A DNA stretch of 64,000 nt from Octopus sinensis. Its lineage: Eukaryota. Below, one piece after another: positions 51,801 to 63,962 of the stretch. The translations under genes were made by a program, and so were the position numbers. The stretch lies in assembly GCF_006345805.1 (NCBI RefSeq), contig NC_042997.1:208816001-208880000 (forward strand), read 5' to 3'. Each line of letters begins with the position of its first letter. Positions within the stretch are counted from its first letter, which is position 1. The notes under the pieces are model-generated. The model worked only from the letters and a program-made list of their open reading frames with translations. It did not search any database and was not told the origin of the DNA.

Positions 51801-54800
51801 AGAATGAGAGATCATCATCATCATCATCATCATCATCTTCATTTAATGTGCATTGTCCATGCTGGCATGGGTTGGATGGTTTGACTGGGTTGGTAAGCTG
51901 GAAATCTGCGCCAGACTCCAGTCTGATTTGGCATAGTTTACTACGGCTGGATGCCCTTCCTAATGCCAACCACTCTGAGAGTGTAATGGGTGCTTTTACA
52001 TGCCACTGGTACGAGTGCCATTTGCATGACACCAGGGTGTGTTTATGTGCCACTGGCACGGGTGCCAATTTGTGTGACACCAGTATCTGCCGCAACTGTG
52101 GTTTTGCTCAGCTTGAAGGGTCTTCTTCTCAAGCATGACGTAACGCCAAAGGCCCTGGTCATTGCTTCCATGAGGCCCAACACTAGAAAGGGTCTTTTCC
52201 TATGCCACTGGCACAGGTGCCAATTACATGGCACCAGCATCAGCCACGACTATGATTTCACTTGACTTGATGGGTCTTCTAAAGCACAGCATATTACCAA
52301 AAGGTCTCGGTCACTAGTCATTGCCTCCGTGAGATGGTGATGGACATACCCTCAAGGTACAGTGGGGTGGGGTGAATATAGGTGAAGTGATAGAGAGGAT
52401 TGGACTGGGTGAGGGGTCAGCAGAGACAGAGAGGAAAGTTTCATAAGAATGTGAGGAGAGATATATACACCATATGCCTTTTCTTAACCTTTTTGTTACC
52501 AACTCGGCTGAAACCACCTCTGGCTCTGAAGTACAAATATCTTGTTTTCAAAAGTTCTGAATTAAAATCTTCCACCAAACCTTAGTCACAATTTATGTTC
52601 CTAACACTAGCTTAGTGATAACAAAGTTATTTTACTAAATGTTTTATTTTATTTAAAATTAATTGAAAGAAATACAGAGCATCTCAACAGAAATATGGTG
52701 AAAAAATGGGTTAACAAATGATTAATTTAAACCTTTTGATACCAATCCAGCTGGAACCACCTCTGGCTCTGAAGTACAAATGTCTTATTTTCATAAGTTT
52801 GGAATTAAAATCTTCCACCAAACCTTAGTCACAATTTATGTTCCTAACACTAGTTGAATGATAACTAAGTTATTTTACTAAATTCTTTATTATATTTAGA
52901 ATCAATTAAAAGAAACACAGAACATCTCAAAATAAATACAGTAACGAAAGGGTTAATTAATATCAAAACAGTAAAAATTACATTAAATCAAATAAGAGAA
53001 TTAATGTTGTGAGATATATTTTGTTTTGCAGATACAACATCAGTACGGATGACTATGACCCTGCCACGACAACAGCTGCACAAAATGGGTAAGTAAAGAA
53101 TTAGCTGAGAATTCCTTATTGATTTACAAAATCATTCTTGACAATAACACAGTGGCACTCCATAGGTTACAACGACAAGGGTTCCGGTTGGTCCCATCAA
53201 CAGAACAGCTTGCTTGGGAAATAAACATGCAAGTGGCTGAGCACTCCACAGCAAACGCATACCCTTAGCAAAGTTTTCAGAGAGATTCTCTGTGACACAG
53301 AATAGAAGAAGGCCGGCCCTTTGAAATACAGGTACAACTCAACTTTGCCAGTTGAGTGAACTGCAGTAACAGTGGAGGCACAATGGCCCAATGGTTAGGG
53401 CAGCGGACTAGCGGTCGGAGGATTGTGGTTTCGATTTCGGGCGTTGTGTGTGTTTATTGAGCGAAAACACCTAAAGCTCCATGAGACTCTGCCAGGGGGG
53501 GGAGAGGCGATCCCCGTTGTACTCTTTCGCCCCACCTTTCTCTCTCTTTCTTCCTGTTTCTTGTCTCCGACTTCCTACGCAACATCTGATAGCCTGAATG
53601 TGCATTCAGGCATCCATCGATGCTCTCGGTGTTGGGGGTTGACCTGCTTTCTCTTCTGCGGGTCTTACGAATAGCAAAGGACCACGTTTCGGACTTCTCC
53701 CACTGGGACGAAGACCGTTTGCTCAACAGCAACAGCACAACAACTGCAGCAACATGAAATAAAGTGTCTTGCTCAAGGACACAACACACCACCAGGAATC
53801 AAACTCATGACCTTACAATCGTGAATCAAATACCCTAACCACTGAACCACCGTGCCTTCACACGATGATGATATAAGACAATTAGGGACAGTATTAAGTA
53901 CTGATTGTTTGATAAGGCGATGGTTAGTAGAATTATTTCTACTCTAGGCACAAAGCCTTGAAAATTTTAGTGGGAAGGGGGCTAGTTGATTACATCGACC
54001 CCAGTGTTTCACAAGTACTTATTTCATCGACCCCGAAAGGATATACGGCAAAGTCTACCTTGGCAGAATTTGAACCCAAAATGTAGCGGCAGGTGAAATA
54101 CCTATTTCTTTACAACCCACAAGGAGCTAAACACAGAGAGGACAAACAAGGACAGACAAACGGATTTAAGTCAATTACATCGACCCCAGTGCATAACTGG
54201 TACTTACTTAATCGACCCCGAAAGGATGAAAGGCAAAGTTGACCTTGGCGGAATTTGAACTCAGAACGTAGTGGCAGGCAAAATACCACTAAGCATTTTG
54301 TCCACCGTGCTAACCATTCTGCCAGCTCATCGCCTTCAAAAATAATAATAACAATAAAAAAAAACACGTTTTGAGCAAGGCCATTGCCAGCCCCACGTGA
54401 CTGGCCCTCGTGCCGGTGGCACGCAAAAGCACACACTACACTCTCGGAGTGGTTCATGGCATCCAGCTGTAGAAACTCTGCCAGATCGGATTGGAGCCTG
54501 GTGCAGCCATCTGGTTCGCCAGCCCTCAGTCAAATCGTCCAACCCATGCCAGCATGGAAAAGGGACATTAAATGATGATGTTTCAAATTTTGCCACAACA
54601 TATCGGCAGACGAAATCCTCCTAAGCATTTCACCCTGCATGCTAACAATTCTGCCAGCTTGCCGCCTTGATGCTTAGCATAATGGCCAAGTTGGCAGTTC
54701 TCTTCTTAGCTGAAGCCTTTATTACTAAACTGAAAAAACAGACAAGAAATTTCTACTTCTTAAAATTTCACAATTGAAGACATTAGTGTCTTTTATCTCT

Positions 54801-55338
54801 CATCTTTTACTCATTTTAGTCATTAGACTGTGGCCATGCTGGGGCACCACCTTGAAAGGTGCTTATCTTATGTTGAGCCTGGTACTTATTCTATCAGTCT
54901 TGTTTGCCTAGCTGCCAAGTTACAGGGATGTAAACACACCAACACCGATTGCGAAATGGTGATGAGGGACAAACACACACACACACACATTTATATATAT
55001 ATATAGATATAGATATGATGAACTTCTTTCAGTTTCTATCTGCCATATTCACTCACAAGGCTTTGGTTAATTCGGTCCTATAGTAGAAGACACTTGCCCA
55101 AGATACCATGCAATGGGGCTGAACCAGGAACCCTGTGGTTGCAAAGAAAACTTCTTACCACACAGCCATGTCTCTGCTTCTAGCAAACTTAATCGTACAT
55201 TATTTACATTCGAAGGATATTTGTCTTTATCTTGTTTCTTGTTAACACAACGTTTAGGCTGATTTACCCTCCAGCCTTCATTAGGTGTCTTGGGGAAATT
55301 TCGAACCTGGGTTCTCATTCCTAAGGTATTTTTCAATA

Positions 55339-55376
<38 letters not shown>

Positions 55377-56000
55377 GAGGCAATGGCGAAGGACCGAGAT
55401 CTCTGGAGATATGCTGTGACTGCTAAGACCCGGGCTGCTTCCTGCACCAGTTCCGCATAGCTCCTGCCCATTCAAAGTACCTTGGATTCCAGAACATCCC
55501 GCTGTGCTTGAGGAGACCTATTGAGTCAAGTACATGAACATCGAAATAAATATCAATGGAAATAGTAGTTGTGATACCTGTGCCGGTGGCACATAAAAAG
55601 CACCATCCGAACGTGGCCGATGCCAGCGCCGCCTCGACTGGCTTCTGTGCCAGTGGCACATAAAAAGTACCCACTACACTTGCGGAGTGGTTGGCGTTAG
55701 GAAGGGCATCCAGCTGTAGAAACACTGCCAGATCAGACTGGAGCCTGGTGCAGCCTCTGGCTTCCCAGACCCCGGTCGAACCGTCCAACCCATGCTAGCG
55801 CGGAAAACGGACGTTAAACGATGATGATGATTCACTGCCTGGAATTGAACTCAGAATCCTGGGGTTAGTAGCCTGTACTCTTAACCACTTTGCCATAGGC
55901 CCGCGTGCTTAACCACTAGGCCATATGCCCACAGGCATACAGCATAGTGGTTAAGAGCATGGGATACTAACCCCAGGATTCCGAGTTCAATTCCAGGCAG

Positions 56001-56039
<39 letters not shown>

Positions 56040-58948
56040 TTGAAAAATACTTTAGGAATGAGAACCCAGGTTCGAAATTTCCCCAAGACACCTGATGAAG
56101 GCTGGAGAGTATATCAGCCGAAACATTGTGTTAACAACAAACAAGATGAGGACAAATATCTGTCAAATGTAAATAACGTAAATAATTTCTCATCTCTTAA
56201 ATGTAGAAACTTAATTGTATCACTCGTTTGTAACTAGTACTTGGGTATCTTTAGTGAAGTCCATTAACTGGGGTGGCAGATTTAAACCCTTGTTTAGCTT
56301 AGCACAAGTAACCCGGTCCTTCAGTATCCCCTTTTGCTGCAATGCATAGGACCATGTCTCTGGTTTGAGCACAACACCCAACCTCTCTCCCTTCTTCAAG
56401 TCTTAGAAACTTTGGGGTGGGGGGGAAGAAGGTCATGAGTGAGGCAATTCCTCCTCTGTCTGAGATATTTAAAATATAAGGTAATGGAGATCCAACTTAA
56501 ATTTGCAGAACTAAATAGCCCCAAATATGGCTGTGGTGTAAGGACAAACACCACCACCACCACCATCATCATTATCACCATCATCATCATTACCAATATA
56601 ATCATCATCGTTATCATCACTATCATCATTATCATCATCATCGTTATCATCACTATCATCATTATCACCATCATCTTCATCATCATCATCATCATCATCA
56701 TCGTCGCCATCGTCATTATCAGAATCATCATCATTACCAATATAATCATCATCATCATCATCATCATCATTATCATCACTATCATCATTATCATCATCAT
56801 CGTTATCACCCTCACCATTACCAATATCATCATTATCATCATCATCATTATCATCATCATCATCATCATCGTTATCATCACTATCATCATTATCATCATC
56901 ATCATCATTATCATCAGCATCATTATCACCATCATCATTATCACCCTCACCATTACCAATATCATCGTCATCATCGTCATCGTCGCTGTCGTCATTATCA
57001 GAAACACCATCATCATCATTATCATCGTCACCATCATCATCACCATCGTCATCACTACCGCCACCACCCCTACCAACCTCATCATTCCCATCAATACCAC
57101 CAACACCACTAACAGCAGCAGCATCCTTGCCATGAGCATCATAGCTAATATTTTCATCATCATCACTATTGTCATAATCACCTTTGTCGTTGATTTAGTA
57201 AATGACTTTTGTTGTTGTTATTTTTGCAGTAAAAAGTCTCCTGTTCAAAATGACCCTGTCGTTAATGTTGCTGGGCTGCCCCTTCAACTTGCTATCAATA
57301 CAGCCCAGTTCGGTCGGGTCTTCCAGGACAGAAGTCACGTCTTCCACCTGATGCCACGGCCTAAAGATGTGACACAAAACATCCACAACCTGAACGTCCG
57401 AGGTAAACGCGGCAACATTGTACAAACCTTCCCAGCTGTGGAGTACGACTTTGTACCCAACTCACTAACTATAAATTCCGATGATCTGGTACATATCCAG
57501 TGGACAGGTTAGTCTGCACCTCGTGTATTATCTGTGTTTTTATTTCATTACATCAAATAATGTTTATGTTGTTGTCCTTTTTGTTTAGACCCAGATTACT
57601 CTTGATCACATGGACATCGATTTCACAAAGACACACTAATGAAATCAAAAACAGAGCAGCACCCATGACTTTCAAAAGCATATTTTTGGCACTCAGAATT
57701 ATCAAAGAATGTAATAAACTACCTGTATCAGTTGTTTACTATGAAGACAAAGCATTCTTCAATAATTTTATGCTTCCCAAAATTAAGCAACATTACTCCT
57801 GATGTGTCTGTTCACCCTTTCCTTCTTATGATTCCCTTAAAGTTCACTTTTCAATCTTCTTGTGTTTTATTCTGTCTACTGTGCATGCATCCATAACTTG
57901 TCAAAGAGTGCATATAAAGTACATGCAGTAATGTACAAATGTCTGGGAAGCGAACAGTGTATGAGTCAGATACATGCTTGTGTGTGTATGGAGAGAAGAA
58001 AAATCAGGTGTAGTGTTGGCGAATCTCAGGAAGCATGGAAGTTTTGAAGGATGCAGTGCTCTGACAACTAACAACTGATGCCGGCAGTTTGTTCCATGCT
58101 TCAGCAACTCTCAGCGTGAAAAAATGTTTCCAAAAGTCATGGGAGCTGTGCTGTTTTCTGACTTTGTAAACATGTCCACGGGTGTTAGACGGGTGGAGTT
58201 TGAAAAGGTGCTCAGAGTTATTGTTTGTAAGATGGTTAATAATTTTATGGGTGTCTGCCAAGTCAGCTGCCAGATGTCGAAGTTTCAATGTATCCATGCC
58301 CAGGGAAGTAAGGCGTTCAGAATATGGCAAATGCCTGATGGAGGGTATTCTTTTGGTTGCACATCGCTTAACAGCTTCCAGACGATCGATATCCTGGGCA
58401 AGATAGGTGTTCCAGACCAGTGATGCAAATTCTAGGTGAGGTCGTACCATAGCTATATAAAGATAGATAGTCGGAGAGCAGCTCACCAAGGACTTGGTGA
58501 GTGATGCCAAGACACCCTCAGCCTTCTTGGCAATTTTAGCAATGTGTTTTGTCCAAAGCAAATTGCTGGCTTTCTTCATATGACTTATAATTCTATTTTC
58601 TGTCCCCTTTTTTAACCCTGTCCAACAAATTGTAGTGCACCATAACTAATGTATACTATAAACTCATTTATTCATGGTGTGCATGGATTTTTTTTACATT
58701 CAGACTCAACGTCCTTGATACCAGGTCACAACCAATTTCCTTAGAAATCAAGGACCTTTTGAATGATTCGTGCTGTTCCCAAAAGAGCAGATTTCTGAAT
58801 TGATGCAGTCCTGGTAGTTACATCAATCTCAGTATGGAAACTGCCAAGTCTCTTGGTGACAGCACCTTAGAGCATCTATAAAAACTGGGATTACTTTTAT
58901 GATAATTCCTTACAGAATTAGTATTTCCCAAACCAAATCCTATTATTA

Positions 58949-59001
<53 letters not shown>

Positions 59002-60194
59002 GAGTGAGAGAGCAGTGCATACCATCAAAGTGACACGGGTAAAATATATACAGCCCAGTATACCCATCATGACTACCCGTCTGATAAGGGTACACCAGGC
59101 ACATGCATCACAACCATATGTACGCAACATGGTGATCTCATATCAAGATAAACAGTACATGACCTTGCAGGTGGGGCCCAGTTAGATGTTGAGCAAACCA
59201 CCCATGTTTCCAAAGGTAAATTATTCAAACCTCTAAGAATTCCTTTCAACACATGGCTATGATTTATTTCTTTACTGCCCATAAAGGGCTACACACAGAG
59301 GGGACTAACAAGGACAGACAAACGGATTAAGTCGATTACATCGACCCCAGTGCGTAACTGGTACTTATTTAATCAACCTCGAAAGGATGAAAGCTAAAGC
59401 CAACCTCGGCAGAATTTGAACTCAGAACGTAAACACTGATGAAATACAGCTAAGTATTTCACCTGCGTGCTAACATTTCTGCCAGCTCACCAGCTATGAT
59501 GCTCCCCCACTACTTCTGCTCGTGATCAGAGATGCACATATCATCAGCCACTAAGAGACATGCTCAACTGGTTACAGTCAAACAACTAACAAGCAAATCT
59601 GTGGTATTGAGCAGAATATTTGCTGTAGCCCATCTTTTATAACCTTATTATTATTATTAAGTGAGAGAGCAGTGCATGCCATCAAAGTGACACTGGGGTA
59701 AAATATACGAAGCCCAGTATACCCATCATGACTACCCGTCTGATAAGGGTACACCAGGCACATGCATCACAACCATATGTGCGCGATATGGTGATCTCAT
59801 ATCAAGATAAACAGCAAATGACCTTGCAGGTGGGGCCCAGTTAGAATTTTCTTCTGGTCGAGTAACCCATACCACTCAAAAGGTCCTTGAATAAGGGTTA
59901 TTTAAGGATGTTAAATGAAACACCCATGTTTCCAAAGGTGAATTATTTAAACCCCAAAGAATTCCTCTCAACACATGGCTTCTGCTCGTGATCAGAGATG
60001 CACATATCGTCAGCCACTAAGGGACATGCTCAACTGGTTACGGTCAAACAACTGACAATCAAATCTGTGGTATTGGAGCAGAATATCTGCTGTAGCCCAT
60101 CTTTTATACCAAGACAAAACAATGTACATGATAACACTTCCAATCAGTTAAGATCAGAAGCCATGTGAGCCACTGCCTGGTACTGCATCAGAGC

Positions 60195-60257
<63 letters not shown>

Positions 60258-60566
60258 GGCAGCGATATTTCCTGGGGCTAAATAACAGTAGCATTCTTCC
60301 CCTTCCTGGGACTGCCACACTAAGTTGGCAACAAACCATCACTTTATCGAGCTGCTACTGTATAAGACTCTCTCTGAGAGATTTAGAAATGCAATATTCC
60401 TAACGTATTTATGTCATTTTCTTGATAATGTAGTTAAATATTTTGAAAGACACCCCCCCCCCATGTTATTTTCTGTTGAGGATCCTTCATATTCTTCCAT
60501 CTCTGTTTACAGGTAGCAACACACACAACAACAACAACGACGGCAATGATGGGGAAGGTAATGCCG
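39647..60566 (+). CDS. DD3-3-like secreted cysteine-rich protein, paralog B (11 coding exons, 3' end beyond the window)
   Basis: Exons 39647-39802, 41057-41134, 41255-41423, 42649-42834, 44465-44651, 46167-46330, 48848-48998, 51270-51374, 53032-53088, 57230-57507, 60513-60566. All are AG/GT bounded and splice into one open frame (1585 nt). Motifs: signal peptide, [126 protein letters not shown]. These are hallmarks of the Dictyostelium DD3-3 family as I recall it. Confidence 0.9.
39934..40320. repeat. 14-bp minisatellite (TCACAGTTCACCTA)n
   Basis: Direct inspection. Confidence 0.92.
41057..41134 (+). CDS. DD3-3-like B coding exon 2 ([10 protein letters not shown]...DQYQM)
   Basis: cttcAG acceptor, ATG|GTGAGC donor, phase 0/0. 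Confidence 0.9.
41255..41423 (+). CDS. DD3-3-like B coding exon 3 (KYFQS...EWVNQHGCG...QYMCQKMNP)
   Basis: tttcAG acceptor, G|GTCAGT donor, phase 0/1. Confidence 0.88.
42649..42834 (+). CDS. DD3-3-like B coding exon 4 (LRDG...GLHETWDWY...RERNN)
   Basis: ttacAG acceptor, G|GTAAGT donor, phase 1/1. Confidence 0.88.
43027..43420 (+). mobile_element. Non-autonomous Helitron-like element
   Basis: A|TC 5' end, subterminal GC-rich imperfect hairpin CCCGAGCAACGCCAGGC, CTAG|T 3' end, no TSD. Confidence 0.6.
44465..44651 (+). CDS. DD3-3-like B coding exon 5 (GLFAADQ...[19 protein letters not shown])
   Basis: tttcAG acceptor, CA|GTAAGT donor, phase 1/2. Confidence 0.92.
45098..45648. mobile_element. 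Mariner-like MITE
   Basis: TA|TGAGGTCTGTTCAAA ... TTTGATCAGACCTCA terminal inverted repeats. Confidence 0.6.
46167..46330 (+). CDS. DD3-3-like B coding exon 6 (NYRDKSFN...YLEKAP)
   Basis: ttgcAG acceptor, CAG|GTAAGT donor, phase 2/1. Confidence 0.88.
48050..48481 (+). mobile_element. RTE-tail SINE/LINE 3' fragment with (GAT)n tail; many copies (36750, 37830, 40760, 41590, 42020, 43990, 51400, 51810, 54370, 55377)
   Basis: Recurrent GGTTGGCGTTAGGAAGGGCATCCAGCTGTAGAAAC...CCATGCCAGCATGGAAAACGGACG..AAATGATGATG. Confidence 0.8.
48848..48998 (+). CDS. DD3-3-like B coding exon 7 (YKTAEEC...WGLPW...CQKAAYS)
   Basis: ttccAG acceptor, AG|GTAAGT donor, phase 1/2; not in the ORF track. Confidence 0.87.
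49053..50079 (-). mobile_element. Second Tc1-like copy with both TIRs, in intron 7 of DD3-3-like B
   Basis: TIRs CAGGGGTTGGACAAAATAATGGAAAC and GTTCCCATTATTTTGCCCAAACCCTG|TA; near-identical to 9581-10534 in reverse. Confidence 0.9.
51031..51103 (-). ncRNA. Type-I hammerhead ribozyme with extended stem II
   Basis: Minus strand: AATGCAG-CTGATGA-a-GACT..CAAAT.TACG(ttgtcaaa)CGTA.TTTG..AGTC-a-GAAA-CCAG-TC-CTGCATT; 7-bp perfect stem I, canonical core, GUC site. Confidence 0.75.
51270..51374 (+). CDS. DD3-3-like B coding exon 8 (TNHLGNG...WKLPYFPSG...CVFRI)
   Basis: acacAG acceptor, AG|GTAAGT donor, phase 2/2. Confidence 0.9.
52488..52952. mobile_element. Two tandem piggyBac-like (TTAA-bounded) MITE copies
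   Basis: TTAA|CCTTT...GGG|TTAA at 52484-52714 and again at 52727-52956, about 225 bp each and mutually similar. Confidence 0.7.
53032..53088 (+). CDS. DD3-3-like B coding exon 9 ([10 protein letters not shown]...)
   Basis: ttgcAG acceptor, GG|GTAAGT donor, phase 2/2. Confidence 0.88.
55190..56190. mobile_element. Inverted Penelope-type relic (55190-55376 vs 56004-56190) with central hairpin, interrupted by an RTE-tail SINE
   Basis: The arms are reverse complements; hammerhead at 56087-56132, mutated counterpart at 55245-55290. Confidence 0.7.
56087..56132 (+). ncRNA. Minimal type-I hammerhead ribozyme motif
   Basis: GACAC-CTGATGA-a-GGCTG(gagagtatat)CAGCC-GAAA-CA-TT-GTGTT. Confidence 0.6.
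56550..57180. repeat. (CAT)n-type compound microsatellite
   Basis: Direct inspection; produces the spurious poly-I and poly-M ORFs. Confidence 0.95.
57230..57507 (+). CDS. DD3-3-like B coding exon 10 (KKSPVQNDP...[17 protein letters not shown]...HIQWT)
   Basis: ttgcAG acceptor, G|GTTAGT donor, phase 2/1. Confidence 0.92.
58004..58579 (-). mobile_element. CR1/L2-clade LINE 3' fragment (RT C-terminus); weaker relics at about 37400-37730 and 57630-57800
   Basis: [59 protein letters not shown]. Confidence 0.85.
58690..60195 (-). mobile_element. RLE-type (R4/Dong-like) non-LTR 3' fragment and related non-autonomous copies embedded in (TAA)n tracts
   Basis: Minus strand 58690-58900 encodes decayed VIPV.I.AL.AV...[16 protein letters not shown]; repeats at 58998-59250 and 59660-60195 (and 11270-11400) abut (TTA)n. 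Confidence 0.55.
60513..60566 (+). CDS. DD3-3-like B coding exon 11 ([18 protein letters not shown])
   Basis: ttacAG acceptor, G|GTAAGG donor, phase 1/1; continues the HIQWT-GSNTH motif. Confidence 0.85.
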
Positions 60567-61954
60567 GTAAGGAAAATCTTATTGTCATGATTATTGCTGT
60601 TACTACTACTACTACTACAGTTATTATCATTATTATTATCCTTTTAACACAGGTTTTGTTGGTACTTCTGGAGTCTTGCATGAACGGCAGACTTGCTACT
60701 TGCAGCCTACGGTACCATGTATGCATATTTGTTCTCTTCAACACCTGTTGTCAAGCAGTGGTAGGGGGCAAGCACGCTGTATATACATACATACATACAT
60801 ACATATGTACATACATACATATGTACATACATACATACGTACGTACGTACGTATGTATATATATGTGTGATAGATCATTAGCCACTACACACATTTTTTT
60901 CTCTCCTTGTTTTTTTCTGTGTCCCTTTCTGTAGAAGAGCGTAGGCTCGAAACGTAAAAGACTTTTTCTATTCCTGAGCGTTATACTAATACATCTGTTT
61001 GTTTTGTACACCACCTGTCTTCGTCTTTTGTTGTTTTTTTCGTAAACTCTCCCTATATATATATATATTTCGTTTTGGGATTTGGTTTGCAAGATTCTTT
61101 ATATGAGTTCGTGTGTTGAAGCATATTTTGTTGTGTCTGGGGAGAGTCATTTTCTTTTTGTGCCTTATAATATAACACACTCACTGGTAAAATTACCACT
61201 TTTTTTTTTTTTTTTCCTAAAATTTTCGTTGTGTCTTGCAACCTTTTCGATAGTTACAATTGAAAAGGTTGCAAGACGCAACGAACTTTTAGAAAAATAA
61301 AAAATGACTCTCCCCAGATACAACATCATATATATATATATATATACAGCAGACTCAAAAGTATCACCCCATTCAAAGTGCCACACACCCCTGCCACGCT
61401 AATGGACTGACCTAAGACCTTGTTGTTGAGAAGCAAACTTCTTACCACACGTCTGGTCTGAGGGAAGTATTACCTTAATTGGAAACGTGAGGTTTGGCGA
61501 CAGGAAGAGCATCTGGACGTAGAAAATCTGCCTCAATAAATTCCGTTCGAGGAACGTTAAGACGACGACATTTTTTTAATGTTCCGCTTTTTTTTTTTTC
61601 TTAGTCTTGAATCAGTTTCATCTCTGGTCGTCATTAAAAGTCTCATTCCTGGATATGTATGACCATTACTTTCGAATTTCCACAACAAATTTGTGTTGGT
61701 TCCTTTTAAGCGCAACCATTCTCCGTCATACGGGAAATATAAAGGGAGATTACTTTTAAAATATTTGTCGGGAGGAGTTCCTTCCCTTAGTTTTTGTTTT
61801 TCTTTTTTATGTTGCATTTTGCGTACTTTTTCTTACTTTTCCTCTTCTTAAAATTTGTTGCCTCTTCCTCATCCTCTCGCTGCCTTCCTCCTCCCCCTTA
61901 ACTGTTATAGATTATCCTTCTTTTATTCTAATTTATTTATTTTCCGATACCCGT

Positions 61955-62150
<196 letters not shown>

Positions 62151-62169
62151 TTCCCAGCAGAAATTTGTG

Positions 62170-62440
62170 CTTTAAGGTTTCTTCATTACCATTTCTATAA
62201 TGGCCCCTATTTCTACTACAACCCACCACAACAGCCAGTTTTAATTCCAGCAATTACACTCTCAGAGCATTCTTCATCTCTGCTGATTTGGTCTCTGAGG
62301 TAACAGAAACTTTCTGGTACCTCCAAGGATCCGCCTGGGCAGTAGAGGAAATCTGCTTCTTGTGTGTTCCTACTGTCTCTTGTTCCCACACATCTGCCGC
62401 ACACAAAGAGTATTTTCTCTGTTTACCTTTCTGTAATTCC
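62170..62440 (-). mobile_element. RTE LINE RT fragment
   Basis: LEVPESFCYLRDQIS...SESV, matching the RTE 'LEVVDSFCYLGD' motif. Confidence 0.6.
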
Positions 62441-62543
62441 GCTGCCCTTCTTATGCAGCAGGTTGCAAAAGTAGATATATAGCTACAAAAAAATGTCCAT
62501 ACATACATACATATACATACATACATATATATATGTATGTATG

Positions 62544-62577
<34 letters not shown>

Positions 62578-63589
62578 CGAAAAAAGAAAACACATACAAT
62601 TCTCATTTATTTTTATGAAAAAAATTATTATAGGTGCAGGAGTGGCTGTATGGTAAGTAGCTTGCTTACCAACCACATGGTTCCGGGTTTAGTCCCACTG
62701 CGTGGCATCTTGGGCAAGTGTCTTCTGCTATAGCCTCGAGCCTACCAAAGACTTGTGAGTGGATTTGGTAGACGGAAACTGAAAGAAGCCCGTCATATAT
62801 ATATATATATGTGAGTGTGTACATATATATGTGTGTGTACATGTTTGTGTGTCTGTGTTTGTCCCCCCCAATACCATTTGCCAACCGATGCTGGTGTGTT
62901 TACGTCCCCTGTAACTTAGCGGTTCGGCAAAAGAGACCAATAGAGTAAGTACTAGGCTTACAAAGAATAAGTCCTGGGGTCAATTTGCTCGACTAAAAAG
63001 GTGGTGCTCCAGCATGGCTGCAGTCAAAATGACTGAAACAAGTAAAAGAAAGAATAAATTCATAATTATGATAAATCTATTATTATGATTAATGACACTA
63101 ATGAGGCTAATTAATTTAATGTGTTAATCATTTTAATGAATTAAATATCATAACATTGATGTGATACTGACAGTATACCTACTTTTGCACACACACACAC
63201 ACACACACCCTGTATATCCCTAGATTGCACTGGGTACACCTCACAGAATTTCTGCCTACACCTTCCCTACATATCAAGCAGGGTCATTTCCCAGAGTGCA
63301 TTAATAAATTGTCTCATTTCCTCCTAATTAGTACTTTGCTTTTTGCTAAATTAACTGTAAGGCCCTTTGATTCCAGGACTTGCTTTTTGCCCCTGAAATT
63401 TCTTTTCTAACTGTAGTAGGGATTCAGCTATAGAAACAATGACATCAGCACTGAGTGCCTCCTGTGGGCAGCCAGTTTTAAATTCCTCACACAAGAGGGG
63501 GAAGGGGAAGAAGTAAATATTTGGGAATTCCTACCTGCACCCTAAACTTGTTGCTGTATACATTGCTGACTTTCACCTTACTAACAGCA

Positions 63590-63780
63590 CCCCTGGACAT
63601 TACTGGACATTACCCATAACTTCCCCAGACATTACTCATAATGTACCTGGACATTACCCATAACGTTCCCGGACATTACCCATAATGTCCCCGGACATTA
63701 CCCTTAACTTCCCCAGACATTACTCATAATGTACCCGGATATTACCCATAACATCCCTGGACATTACCCGTAACTTCTGC
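63590..63780. repeat. ~22-bp minisatellite (CCGGACATTACCCATAATGTCC-like)
   Basis: Direct inspection. Confidence 0.85.
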
Positions 63781-63784
63781 AGTG

Positions 63785-63962
63785 ACCGACCACCAGATGA
63801 GAGAGTAAGGGACCCTGTCAAAGGCTTTCTCCATATCAAGAGATCCCAAATGCAGCAGTTTATTTTTAACCAAATGCTCCTCCTGGGGTTACCATTTCCA
63901 GTAATGCCTTTGTCAATAGTGCTTTTCCCTGGCACAAAAACAAACTGCATCTCATCTATATG
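63785..63962 (-). mobile_element. RTE LINE RT fragment
   Basis: IDEMQFVFVPGKSTID...DMEKAFDRVP. Confidence 0.65.

Noticed and set aside
56396-57229. 357-aa and 261-aa ORFs rich in I/M
   Set aside because: Translation of the (CAT)n microsatellite; only 57230-57507 is a real exon
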